Source of the DNA: Styela clava
Lineage: Eukaryota
Length of the DNA: 64,000 bases
Assembly: GCF_964204865.1 (NCBI RefSeq)
Contig: NC_135251.1
Location: 7,998,001 to 8,062,000 of the forward strand
Reading direction: 5' to 3'
A model generated the notes under the pieces. That model saw nothing but the letters and a program-made list of their open reading frames with translations, did not search any database and was not told the DNA's origin. A program made the translations under genes and the position numbers. Shown here piece after piece: positions 47,031-64,000 of this stretch. Numbering within the stretch: the first letter of the stretch is position 1; each line of letters starts with the position of its first letter.

Positions 47031-49054
47031 TGACCCTGATGAATCTTCCGTATTAATCTCAAAGGATCCTGTGAAAAAAACATCCTCCATTCCTTTATCC
47101 TTGCTCCCACCCTTCATAACCAATAAATTAGAATACCTACCTCAGTATTAATCCCCTAATCTAATTATATTATACTTAAACTGTTACCAGTAGTATTTAA
47201 TAATTGATGTAATCTGGACTACAATTTGGCAATAGTTAGGCATGTCTTTGGTGAATGAAAAGGTTTAGCCGACCTCTTCATGCACTCAACTTTGGCTGGG
47301 CAATTTGGCATTTGACTCCAATTATCATCAGCTTGGCGAAATCATTTTTTTGTTTTTATATTAAATACTGTTCACTCTTGTTTGGGAATTTTTATAAAAT
47401 TATTAAAATGATGTGGCAAACAATTCATATTATTTTTTTTTTAATTTCATCTTTTATTCTAATTTCTTTTTTATGTGTTTATTTATTTATTTTTTGTTTA
47501 CATATAATTTATCTAAAGCTTCTCTCTTTTTTTTTAAATTTTATTAATGCCCTATGGTTGTGTGTGTGTGTGTGCGCGATTGTGAATGATTTGATTCAAT
47601 AGTTTTAGGTGAGTGAACACGTACCACTTCTTTTTGGCAATACCTTCCATCTTATATTCTGTACGTTTTAAACCTTATCCAAGGTTTTGTTTACTCTCCT
47701 GATTTTATAATCAGTTTTTATTTATTTGTTTTCACCAACCATTTTATCGCCTTTTTGCTGATTATGGAGCCGAAATAAACTTATCTTGTGCCACACCGCC
47801 GAGTAGTTGCTACTAATTTTTTGAGACAAGAATGTCGCATGAAAACGGTTATCTGTAAGTCATGTAGAGCAGCGGTTTCTAAACTTTTTGTTTATGCGGC
47901 GCTAAATTATTAGGAAAAACTCTCGGTCCCCTTCAACGAGAAAAATTTGCTGCCGTTCAAATGAAACCTAATATTGTAATCGTTAATGTGTACTTTATGC
48001 ATTTTAATTTGTAAACATGTAGGTCCTAAAGAATAAAAGCGATGTCAACTCTTCTTTTTCATCTCTGCCTGATTTTCTTTTAAAATATCGTAAAAACATG
48101 ACGTTCGCTGAACTTGGTTCAGCAGATAAATAGACTGCAGCTCACTAAATGAACTGAAATAGAAGCAAGTAGTGTCTACCTACATCGTTACGTAACTCTA
48201 AAAGCAGACACGATGTGACAGAAAATAAATCTCATGGAAAGGTGAAATGAATTTATTGATTCTTATGAACGGCATTTAGGATATAAAACAATTTATAATA
48301 AATACAATATGTAAAATATTCAATAATATTTTAGCTATGTTTTACACAGTTTCTGTTAATTTTCGAGGCGCACTTGACAAATCCCCGCGGTGAACTAGTA
48401 GGATATTGCTTTGCGTATGAAGAAACAGTCATTCAAGAGTAGGAGTTTGCCTTTTTTAACCGCAGTAAATTTCTAGGAGTCTGAACTCTCTGGCGTCGAA
48501 ATTACAGACTTTCAAGAACAATAAAAGAGGTCAGAATTTTCATAGAAACTCCAAAATCAAGTTTACCAAACGTTTTCAACATTTATTTAAAGAATGCTTG
48601 CATACGCATAAGTTTTCGTTTTAAAAATATTCGTAATTTTTTTACATCCCTGAGTTTGGGTTGATGGTAAGGTGAATCTCCCCAATATACAGCCTAATTC
48701 GAACACATACTATTCATATATATTTGTCTATTTACCCTGGTACAATACAAAAATAATGCTTCGATAATAATCATATATTGCAAAATATATATTATAAATA
48801 AAATTACACAATTCAAAAAAATATTGAAGTAGACAGATATTTAATTTAATTATAAAAACTGATAAATAGCATTTTCATAGTATATATATATAGGTTTACA
48901 AGCGCGCGACCCATCTAGTGGCGTATTTTTACGGGAATACTCGTTAAAAGCAAGGTTACGCGCTGTTACTCAGAAAGATAGGAGATTGATATTTGATCGA
49001 AGGTACGGCGACCACTAAAGTGCCAAGAGTTACTGAGATTATGAGTCATAACAG

Positions 49055-49398
49055 CACGGGTCGGCAACCTTTAGCCATTTGGCATTCATTATGTCAAAAT
49101 CAAACCCACCTGGAGTCGCAACATTTACTCTAATGTCGGTGGCTATTAAAACTCTCGGGAAACCACATATGATGCAATATTCTGGGTTTTACTAAGAAGA
49201 GGCCAAATAAATTACTAATGATGTAATAGTTCAGTCTATGACGAAATGAACTTTGAGAATGAAAAGTTATTCTGACAAATTTGAATCATCTCATTGCTTC
49301 GAACAAAAAATTGCAGTAACCACTTTGATTCCCGGGAACCAGTGCTCCGAGAACAAAGGGCCGCATGCGGCTCCGGGGCCGTAGGTTGCCGATCGCTG
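49055..49398. mobile_element. hAT MITE
   Basis: Ends CACGGGTCGGCAACCT / AGGTTGCCGATCGCTG with the typical subterminal GGCCGCATGCGGCTC. TSD 6/8. Confidence 0.75.
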
Positions 49399-50228
49399 CA
49401 TTATAGTGTACAATTACATGTTAGTAAATAAGTATTCACGCAAAAGGATTTAATATCAATACGACTAAAAACAGCTATGGGTGGTGAATTCCACACAACT
49501 GATGTTTTTGGAATAAAGCTTGTCTGGTAGGTACACTGACAGTGAGCGGCGAGTGCTAACAGCTAGCCGAATGTGGCGACTGAAAACATTTTCGGATGGA
49601 CAAGTCCAGAAAGTTCAGAAGAACACAGTCCGTTATAATATTGAGATATAAGTACAGCGTCGCATCAATCCTTCGGAACGTTTACAATTGGAAGATAATC
49701 ATATTCACGTGGACATTATGTCACGTATCCCAAATGGTGTTCTGATTTAAATTCTGTATTATACCATAGTTCTCATAGTATGACCCCAGTTTTTCAAAGT
49801 TATATTCGGGTATAGCTTCATAATGGTGTTGAGATATCCAGACTACAATGGTACATAATGTGGACTGTCATTCTGCTTTTTTAGCAATATATATTTTAAC
49901 CTGATATCGACCTTTCGAATTGCTCAGCCTCGTACGAGCCAAATGATTGATTTTAAATACGGAAGTATGAACTGAAATTAGTAGTACAGCATATCCTTTA
50001 TGATATTTTAGGTTCAGGAAGATCTCTTCCTTCAATTGAGCCAATCCATTTATATGATAAGGCATGCTTGTATAGCTTTGACAGCAAAGTAATTCTGAGG
50101 AGAGCTTTTTCAAGCTATCGTCGGATAACAGTGGCTTCTTGTATCTGGCCTTGTTCGAAACGAAATGCGCGAGTAAGCCTCGTATTACGTCATACGCTCC
50201 AAAAATTTTGAGATAGCTGCGCTATTGA

Positions 50229-51230
50229 TTACTTGTACTTTTTCTCGCAATCCCTCACCTTGTATTTCCTATTATTTTTTTTTGTAAGTAGTTTTGTCCA
50301 AATTTTGATTGCCCTATAAGCAATAATTTCGGGTATCCAACTTGCTATCCAAGCATGAAATGCATGGATGTAGTATCCGTTCGACAACCTGGATTTTCCT
50401 ACAGTTTTTAGAGAATGGCTTGCAAAATTTTCGGCATTCTCTACAATCTTCAAGTTATATCCTATCATTGGTTGTATACTTTGAACAATAATTTCATTCT
50501 TTTCGCACTCATAGCTCAAAGCTTGAGAAAAATGGTCGCCAAATCTCATTGATGTGGAATATAAGGCGCAAAAGGGTAAGACAAATTGTGAGGCAGCTGG
50601 TGAAATGTTTATAACAAGACCGGTTCCTCTCTTTATCATATTTGGTAACACCAGTTGATTGACATTCAACGGAAAAAAACAGTTGCAAGATATAAAATCC
50701 AAACTTCTTTTCGGCCGTTTTTTCCGATCTTTGGTATTTCCAAAGCCGTCGATTGACCGTTCGAATTCTTGCTCTAATCCGACATTGTTGACCACAATAC
50801 CAATTTCTAAATCTCGAATGGAATTTCTGATTGCGTCATAGGCTGATGACGTCATCGTTTCTCCGTCCATTACTTCACCTGTTTTTGTAAAGTCGACGAC
50901 AACATATCGCGCTTCGACACGGCATCCGCTTTCTATTTCCTTCGCAAGCTTTTGTAGCTTGTCTCGATGTTGACCAACCAACACTATACTCATTCCCATA
51001 TGAGCCAACTCCTTTGCAAAAGCTTTGCCGAGGCAATCCGTAGCATTTGTTACAAGAGCCCATCTTCCGAACCTGCGATAGTCCACCGCTGCACTAGTAA
51101 AATATATCACAAAATGCGTGTACAGATTAAAAACCGTTCTCGCGCTGACATAAATCAAGGCTAAAACCCCTGCGAAATATAACGCACTACTGGTTTCCAC
51201 CAAAATATTTATGACCGAACAGAGACCCAT
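50229..51230 (-). CDS. HSD17B12/HSDL1-like short-chain dehydrogenase (very-long-chain 3-oxoacyl-CoA reductase family), probably catalytically impaired
   Basis: N-terminal TM, G.WALVT.ATD..GKAFA.ELA..G, LEIGIVVNNVG, LVLPNM..RG.G.VINIS, FSQAL.YE and C-terminal KKxx. TGxxxGxG and YxxxK are degenerate. Confidence 0.85.
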   Translation of the reverse strand: MGLCSVINILVETSSALYFAGVLALIYVSARTVFNLYTHFVIYFTSAAVDYRRFGRWALVTNATDCLGKAFAKELAHMGMSIVLVGQHRDKLQKLAKEIESGCRVEARYVVVDFTKTGEVMDGETMTSSAYDAIRNSIRDLEIGIVVNNVGLEQEFERSIDGFGNTKDRKKRPKRSLDFISCNCFFPLNVNQLVLPNMIKRGTGLVINISPAASQFVLPFCALYSTSMRFGDHFSQALSYECEKNEIIVQSIQPMIGYNLKIVENAENFASHSLKTVGKSRLSNGYYIHAFHAWIASWIPEIIAYRAIKIWTKLLTKKNNRKYKVRDCEKKYK

Positions 51231-53052
51231 TATTACATCAAAATGGCTGCAGTATACACTGAAGAAGACACGTGATAATGATTAACATATTTGTTTCGTG
51301 TTGCGTAACTTCAAGGACTTTGATCGGTAGTGGTTTGTGCTGACAAATATGGCGTATTCTGATTCACGCTTGCTTTGAGATAAAATAATCAATAATTAAA
51401 ATATGCTGGTGCGCTGCGAAATAGTAAAATTGATTGCAATTTTCGAGTACATGTAAGTAAATGCATTCATTATTGCCAACTTTTTCCGATTCTGTAAGGA
51501 TTTTTTAGGCAAGGCCATACTGTATTTGGACTTGCTTTATTAATTGCTTCAATAGACCGTATAAACATCATTCAGAATTTAAATCAGGCCGGGATTAAAC
51601 CTAAGCTGAAAATTTGTTCAAAATATAAGATCAAACAAATTTCAAGCAGCGTGCGAAGACTGATCATTTGAATATTTTCTGCGCCGTTAAACCATTTGCA
51701 CTCAGCATCAACCTTTTTACGTAATACGTATTGCTGCAATTTGTCTAATTATAATCAATTAATAGGCTCATTAAACGAGTGTTTGTGAACTACTATACTT
51801 GTTAGGTTATAATATAATTTAGTGTCTCAAAACAAATTCTGTTACGTAACGTAAAGAATATAATCGTCAATCGACAGTTGTTTTGTTAATATAATTCAGT
51901 GAAGCGTCGCGGGCCGAATCTGGCCCGCGGACCTTAGTTTGCCGACCCCTGGTTTAGCCGTTAGAGCATTAGATTGGATGATCTTGATATAGCTGGTTAT
52001 TATCTGGGGTTGATATACCATGGCAGCCACCTGACCTAGGGTGTAATAAAATGAGTATGCAATGCCGAACCGAATAGATTACGGTTCTTTAAAAAGTAAG
52101 AGCTCCTTGCACATCGTTAGATATCATGATTTACTCATGAAGGGCCTTGTTCGGATCGAATAAATATTGGCGTGAATAAGCGTCTCGTACATTTATTTAT
52201 ATATCTCAAAAATAAATCCAAACTATAGTCGATTACACTTGCACATTCTGCCCCAGACTATACTGGCGCAAAAGTGGCAGCTTGACGTAGCAAAAAACAA
52301 CATTTGTGATCGATCGAAAGAAGGCTTGCGTGGAAATTTTCACGAATTCGATATGAACTTGGCCGAGAAGTTACTGATATGTAAAAAAAGTTTTTTGGGA
52401 GGAATCTTTCCGATTGGGCAAACAACTCGATTGATTACACCCGGGATGGGGTTTGGGTATTTCTACAAGACGTATCCATGCTTTGACTACAAACAAGGCC
52501 CAAGAATCCAATGGTGCGTGAGTTTGAATCTGTTAAACTGTTGAATCTGGAAAGAGTTATTTTGGTTTGATGTACAGCCAAGCCAATCGATGGAAACCTG
52601 GCTGATGCGTCTGATGAAATTTCGAGCCCGAAGTCTTTGCCTCGATTAAATGAATTGAGGTATATTCCCAGTCGGAAGGTCATTTCAAACTTCGTATATC
52701 CCTCCTACGCGGATATTTAACCAGAGTCCTATTCAAGACGAAAAAGTTTCAGACAGATAATAAAAATACTGAATTCGAAATCGCTAGATGTTAGCAATCA
52801 ACAGGTTTTCACTATTCATTACAATTTCAGAGTGACAAATTTATTATATAATTTATGTTTTAGAGTTACTGTTCTACGCTGTGAAAAAACTGTCGTCCTG
52901 CTTTGTTGTAAAATTTATCTTAAACTGGACCAAAATTGTTAATTAAATACAAACCGGTTTCACTAGTAAACTGACAAGAAAGTATGTTTATGCGACACTA
53001 AAGCGAACTGTCGATATAGGATTTATTAGTTTTTAAAAGACGTATGTATATA

Positions 53053-53251
53053 TAGGGTGTCCATGAAGTCCATTTACAATTTTGTTATGCAGTCAGTTCT
53101 CAATATATCTTGACCAGGTTTGTTGTTATTTATTGTATATATATTAGTATTTTTACTTCATTTAATACATCTGTGAGGGCCGAAACACTATATGGTATCG
53201 ATAAAATCCCTTCGCGAATTTAAAAAAATTCAAGACTTTGTGGACACCCTA
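53053..53251. mobile_element. Tc1/mariner-like MITE
   Basis: TAGGGTGTCCATGAAGTC / GACTTTGTGGACACCCTA in a TA context. Confidence 0.8.
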
Positions 53252-54522
53252 TCTCTCAGACAAAATATAGACTAAAATATCGGTGCTTTTAGTATAAATA
53301 ATATCCTCAGTTACAATCAGACATGTAACGATATCTGAACTAAATTTCTTTCGCGCCCTACTCAGCTAATGCTCTGTTTTTGTTGTTCAGGATGCCAAAC
53401 AATATCCTGTCGATATTATAACAAGTTAGTTTAATTTTTCGTGAGATGATTTCGCTAACCTATAGGTTACACTTATCACGCCAGGAAATGAGACGAAACT
53501 TAACAAGCTGAAATAATATTTAAAATCACCATATGACCAATATCATTGCAAAGACTGAGCAAAACATAGCTCAACGTGGATTACATGTGGCCACGAACCG
53601 GAAAGATTATTTAAACCTAACCTCGGATGTGGTTGGCTGATGCTTTGAACCTCACTTATGTTAGCGTCGCATGGTAAAATTTTCGTGGCAACCAAAATTA
53701 GACATGAACGGTATATTAATAAATAGAAATATAAAACCGAGTTCATACGACGGAAATCAGGCAGATTGTTTTTTCATTTTATGGTATTTACCATTAATTT
53801 TGAAACTTTCTTCCCCAATCTATTGAATTGGATGTTAGAACCTTAGGTTTCCATGCTCGATAACCAGTTTTGGTTCATCGCGGCTTCCCTTCCCCAGTAA
53901 TGTAAATATTATTTTTTCCTAATTTCTCTATGTTAAAATTTCGTGCCCACAAACTCTATTAGAAAGAAAGTAATAAAATTATAGGTGGGCTATGCCTAAA
54001 TGGAAATATTCCGGTTCTCATAAAACGGATTTCATACGACATGAACGGACCGGGTCAATCCCGTACGAACATCGCCAAGTGAAGAGTTAGATTTAACTTC
54101 GTTAAAAGTAAAATTCTTGGCGTTGACTGATTTTCCGACCACTAGGAGACATAAGTCAATTCGAATATTAAATAAATACATGCAGATTTATTTCTTCGTC
54201 ACTGTAGCGACAAAAGTATGAGTATATTTTGATCACCCTCAAAAAATGAACACACAAATGATTGGGAAAAACCAGTAAGAAAATTAAGACATGTAGAAAT
54301 ACATGCCAGTTTACACATCTTACACACACAAAAATGCGTATAAACAAAGATAAAAAACACGAAATTGTGTCTTCGGGCGTCCAACTCAATGCTTATCGTT
54401 CGGGATTTGTTTACATCAGCCAAATCTGAAGAAAACCTATAACTCGCTTGAGGTAAACAACTGCGAAGAAGGAATTTTTTATTGTGATAAAAATCCGACG
54501 TGTGGTGTAAGTTCCACCCAAC

Positions 54523-55713
54523 GGGTACTCCCGAAGTATGTGAACCAAGATGGCGGACACCGGAACGTAGTATTTGTATCAGGTTAGGCCAGTGTTTCCC
54601 AACCCGAGTCCGCGGTCTCAAATGAGTCCACGGAGCGTTTGAATGAGTCCGCAACGAGCCAGAAATTCACTGCGGGCCGCAAACGTTTTTGTGAAACTTA
54701 ACTATCAGCCAAGTTACGATTTACGTTAGAATTCACATAAAACATAAAAAGCAAGTTTATCCACATAACATTAATCGAGTCATATATTCGAATATTCAGC
54801 CATTAGAATAGCGAATAAATATTCAAAAATTCGATAACAGGTGACGCGACAGGTCACTTGCGCGTTGCTTGATCAAACTGCCTCCACATTGGTACGTATA
54901 GTACTGCCGTAAGTGTTGTACGAACAGCTCAGATTTGTCGAATTCACAAAAATACGAATCAAAACAAAATATAGTCGGGCACTTTACCACGCATTTTTGT
55001 GTCCAAGGATTGTCATGATATTTTCTCAGCAGTATTGTTTTTATTTCGTCGTTTTATTAATAATAAAACGAGGCAATGAATATGTATTTTTGATTTACTA
55101 ATATACTTTAAATATATTTTTAATAAGTACTAAATTAGGTTGTACTTTCTGGAAATTGATAGCAGATAGTAGGATTTTTCTAACGGCGATAACAAATTCG
55201 CAAGATCGCAAAAAATATCTATCAAAACTAAATATAATCGGGCAATATATTTTCCAATTATTATGTTCGCAGATTGCCTTGGCATTTTAGAGAAGACGCA
55301 ACAGCGAGTGACCGTGAACACAGTTAAATTAAAATAGAAAGGCATTTTAAATTCTAGTCGTTGTCATGAATTGAATATTGTGCGACAAAAAAAGCCATTA
55401 TTGAAATTCGTTAAAATTCTTTTGTGTTTGGTTTTATTGCTTCTTCACACAGAGTACGGATGAAATAAACGCACCTTGAGTCCGCAATGATTTTCGCCGG
55501 TGAGAAAATAGTCCGCGACAAAAAAAGGTTGGGAAACGCTGGGTTAGGCCATAATTTCGGATACAAATACTACGGGAGTCACTTGGATAGTCCCCGAACT
55601 CGTAATGGAACTGAAATAGGGAAATTTGTAATAAAATATGGCCCAACCCTAATCTGGTGCACATACCAATACCAGGTGTCCGCCATTTTGGTTCACATAC
55701 TTCGGGAGTACCC
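54523..55713. mobile_element. Merlin-like MITE hosting a nested hAT element
   Basis: 39-bp TIRs GGGTACTCCCGAAGTATGTGAACCAAGATGGCGGACACC / GGTGTCCGCCATTTTGGTTCACATACTTCGGGAGTACCC. Confidence 0.88.
54590..55541. mobile_element. Non-autonomous hAT element (952 bp), nested
   Basis: TIRs CAGTGTTTCCCAACC / GGTTGGGAAACGCTG, subterminal GAGTCCGC repeats, perfect 8-bp TSD GGTTAGGC. Confidence 0.92.
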
Positions 55714-57088
55714 AACATAGTTCCATATAAAATGTCTGATCATTTCTTCGAGAAATTGAAATAACAGCTACCAACGTAGTCCACAATATTCGAATCCTAT
55801 TCTTTCGTTGCCTATCATCCCAAGTGTAAACTGTTCCTAATATATTCTATTTGTTTCAAGACCACACACGGAGTTGTTACCCGGCGTCTCGAGGCCGTTC
55901 TTTACATAAAACGCCATTGCTAGAGTCTGAACTTTTTGTGCATTTCTGTTCAACATTACTTTGTTTCAATCTTTACGAAACTACGCGATGAAAAATTGGA
56001 TACAACCAAATATTCCAATACAGGAATGCATTTCCATTTTTAAACAACGTGCATTTATTACAGTACAAATGAAATTAATGAACACTGTGTGCTCCAGATA
56101 GGATTGCGTAACAATATTAAGTGCACATGCGAAAAAACGAGCATATAGATATATCGCCAGCATAAAACCTCCATGCAGAAACAGAATTTGGCAGAATTAA
56201 AAACAGTATCTTGCTCGGTGGAGCATAACGGCTGGACTGTTTTTTTTTTTTTTCAAGATTAGATCTTAGAACAGATTACATTTTGAAGGGAATAACAAAC
56301 ACAACTCTAAATCTATCCTGCGAAAAATGATCACACAAATATGTCTCCATTAATTTGGCAGAATAAAAAACAGCGTCCGACTCAGTGGAGCAAAGCGACT
56401 AAACTTGTAAGCTTCCAAGATTAGTTCTCTGTACATGTAAGATTTTGATGTGAATTACAATAGTAATTTTATCTGTACGCCGTTCGGGAAAGAGAAATGA
56501 ACATTTGTTGGGCGAATTATTACAATCATATGCAAATATGATTGAACGATATGTTCTGAGTTTACACACACTGGCAAACTGCTAAGAGTCTCCATCACAC
56601 AAAATTTGATCAGAGATGATGAGATATGTGCTCGGTAAAATAATTCAACAGTTTTCTAAATAGATATGGGCAATCCGGAAGATTCAAATCCCAAACTATA
56701 AAAACCTTTTGAGGGAGAATTAAACCTTGCTGCAGGGGCAATTATTACCAGGAAAGGGTATATAAGCGTGAACATATGCATTTTATAATTAACTAAAAGT
56801 ATTACGGTGTTTAATTAAATATTTACATGACATTATATGGTGTTTAGTTGAATATTTATCGCTCTTTTGCAGGCACACTGGTCTCAATGTACAATTTGTT
56901 AACAATAAACTTTCGTTATAAAATGTGGATATTTTTTTAATTAGAATTTTGAAACACAATTCTATATGCAATAAAAATGAGGGTATGCATGAACACTTTC
57001 AGAAAAAATTTACACCTGGGGAACTATGCGTCAATTGTGTGACTATTTGACTATAAAGCGCAAAGCCGGCATGTGAATACTATTAAAT

Positions 57089-57348
57089 CAGCTGTTTCTA
57101 AGGTTATTTGACCGGGGACCAAAGTTAGAAGCGGAAGGATATTCGCGGGTCAGGAGGAGGGAGCGCTCAAAGGGGCCGATACTAGTGGTATAATTAAGAT
57201 ACTGGTATACATGTCCTTAAACTGTGATAATGACGTATCAATCAGGGGTATCTAAAACACAAAAAGAAAGACACTCAAGTTTGACGGGCCATTTTAAATT
57301 GCTATGTGGGCCGTAACTGGCCCACGGGCCGCGACTTGAGAACCACTG
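57089..57348. mobile_element. hAT MITE
   Basis: Ends CAGCTGTTTCTAAG / CTTGAGAACCACTG with a perfect TSD TATTAAAT. Confidence 0.85.
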
Positions 57349-57875
57349 TATTAAATAGTATGCTTCGTGTTAGGATGAATAACAAACTCCCAAACTGTTT
57401 TGATTGATTTCCATAGAGACACATGAAGTGTGACAAAGCAGCATCGCATTCAAAGCAAATCAAAAACTGAAATTTTTTTATGTTTTATGTACGGTAAGTC
57501 TTCAATAGATACAATTCATGCAGTAAAAATCTGAAAAAACTTTAAAATAGGGCATTTACAAACAACTTTTTACATACTCAGAGCTGCTAAATAAAGCCAT
57601 GTAGATCACGGAAAACAAATTAATATTAAACTCAATACACGAGGTTGAACACCCACATGAAAGAGAATTTTACCAGTAGAAATTCTTATAAAATAAATCT
57701 AATTCATTTACCATTTGTTATAATATCTAAGGTACAGAACTATCTGGGTGTTAAGAGAAAATCACCTTGAGTAAACACAGTGTTAAAATAAATGCCATCA
57801 GCAATTAACTTATTCTATATTTTTACATCTTAAACCGCCACTTATATCGGTGTGCACTTATTTGATTGGAAATTG

Positions 57876-58078
57876 GGTCTCCTGTAGTATGTGTTCCGGG
57901 TTAGAGCATAATTTTATTCCAATTGTCCTTATTTTTGGTTCCATAACGTGTTTGGTGACTGTCTGTGTTAACTGAATATAACATTGTCCATAGGTTTCTG
58001 TCTATTTACACAACTTGATGTAAAGTAGGCGAACAAAATGAGTCACCTCCATATTGGTACACGCACTTCTGGAGCGCC
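57876..58078. mobile_element. Merlin-like MITE
   Basis: Same family as 24596 and 54523. Perfect 8-bp TSD GGAAATTG. Confidence 0.78.
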
Positions 58079-58915
58079 GGAAATTGTTTTCATCCTCTAT
58101 TTGCTCACTATTTAAAATCATGACATTGCGATCTTAACCTTTCATATTCATTGGGCAGACAATTGTATGCATTTGTTAGATAAAAAAAACATGGTGGACA
58201 TTATTTCGATTGCAAAAAATATTATTTCATTCAATAAAAATTGTTGAAATCCATGAAAAGCCCTAAATTTTCCCGTATAACCTATGCTTACCCAATATAT
58301 TATCACATTGAACTATTGTGATCATTTAATATTTATGTAGACCAGAGCTTCCCAAACTGATGGGCCGCAAAGAGTACATCATTTTCACACAAATATCTAT
58401 TGTTCTTCTTTAGACTTTTGCATCGAATGACACAATTATTAAAAATAGTGCAAAACTTAAAACAATACAAGAGAATACAATACATTGAATCAGCGAAGCG
58501 GCGCACTTGCATAACAATGCCGATTTAACAGGGGTCCAGGAAAATTTTACTATATTGGAACTTGGAAGGGGTTTCGAACTTAGAAGTAGACCTAGGTGTA
58601 GACAAATCTTAAGACTTTTTCATTGGTGGAAGGCAACCTCATTTCTCTACTTCTTACTTAGCCCTACTTCCATAGTTCAGTTATAGCACACTGGAGCAGG
58701 CAATCTAAAAAGTTGAGGGGTAAATTTAACTTTTGCTAAAAAAATCGAGCAAAGCTTGAGTATCTTTGCTCTATATCTTTCCAATTACTGGATATTTTAA
58801 ATCTTTAAAACCCAAATAAGTATCAAATATTTTACGTTTTTCAAAATAGGCAAAGTATACCAAAATAGCAAATTATATTTTTATAAAGATATAAAAATCC
58901 AAGAGTGAACACTTT

Positions 58916-64000
<5,085 letters not shown>

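Noticed and set aside
47255-47602. 115-aa hydrophobic ORF
   Set aside because: T-rich low-complexity sequence with a (GT)n microsatellite. Not a credible membrane protein.
49868-50223. ~117-codon open frame on the minus strand immediately after the SDR stop
   Set aside because: No ATG near the start and no recognisable domain. Probably 3' UTR.
52140-52760. Coding-looking segment with a short similarity to the SDR 3' flank (GGCCTTGTTCG...)
   Set aside because: The frames I translated were interrupted and none resembled an SDR or any family I recognise. The similarity is too short to call a paralogue.

Overview
AT-rich, spliceosomal (GT-AG) invertebrate metazoan DNA. A tunicate-like genome is my inference from gene content and repeat style, and is not proven. 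Five protein-coding genes are supported. (1) 5162-21922 (+): a 12-coding-exon NOD-like receptor that I assembled by hand (3933 nt, 1310 aa, all intron phases consistent). Its architecture is NACHT - LRR array - FN3 - FIIND (ZU5+UPA) - short RHIM/amyloid-like exon - C-terminal hydrophobic anchor. The FIIND keeps the catalytic His and an F|SP autoproteolysis site like human NLRP1, but no CARD is present. Four near-identical phase-0 LRR exons differ mainly at predicted ligand-facing positions. This is the main candidate for a new system. (2) CCDC96/CFAP184 (+) and (3) CEP104 (-): convergent ciliary genes with intronless CDSs and candidate RFX X-boxes. (4) An intronless HSD17B12-like SDR (-) whose cofactor and catalytic motifs are degenerate. 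(5) The 3' half of a PFKFB gene (-). Intergenic and intronic space is dense with hAT, Merlin-like, Tc1-like and Helentron-like MITEs and tRNA-type SINEs. It also holds one internally deleted hAT element, several nested insertions and a 1.74-kb tandem duplication. All domain calls come from motif recognition by eye; no database search was run.
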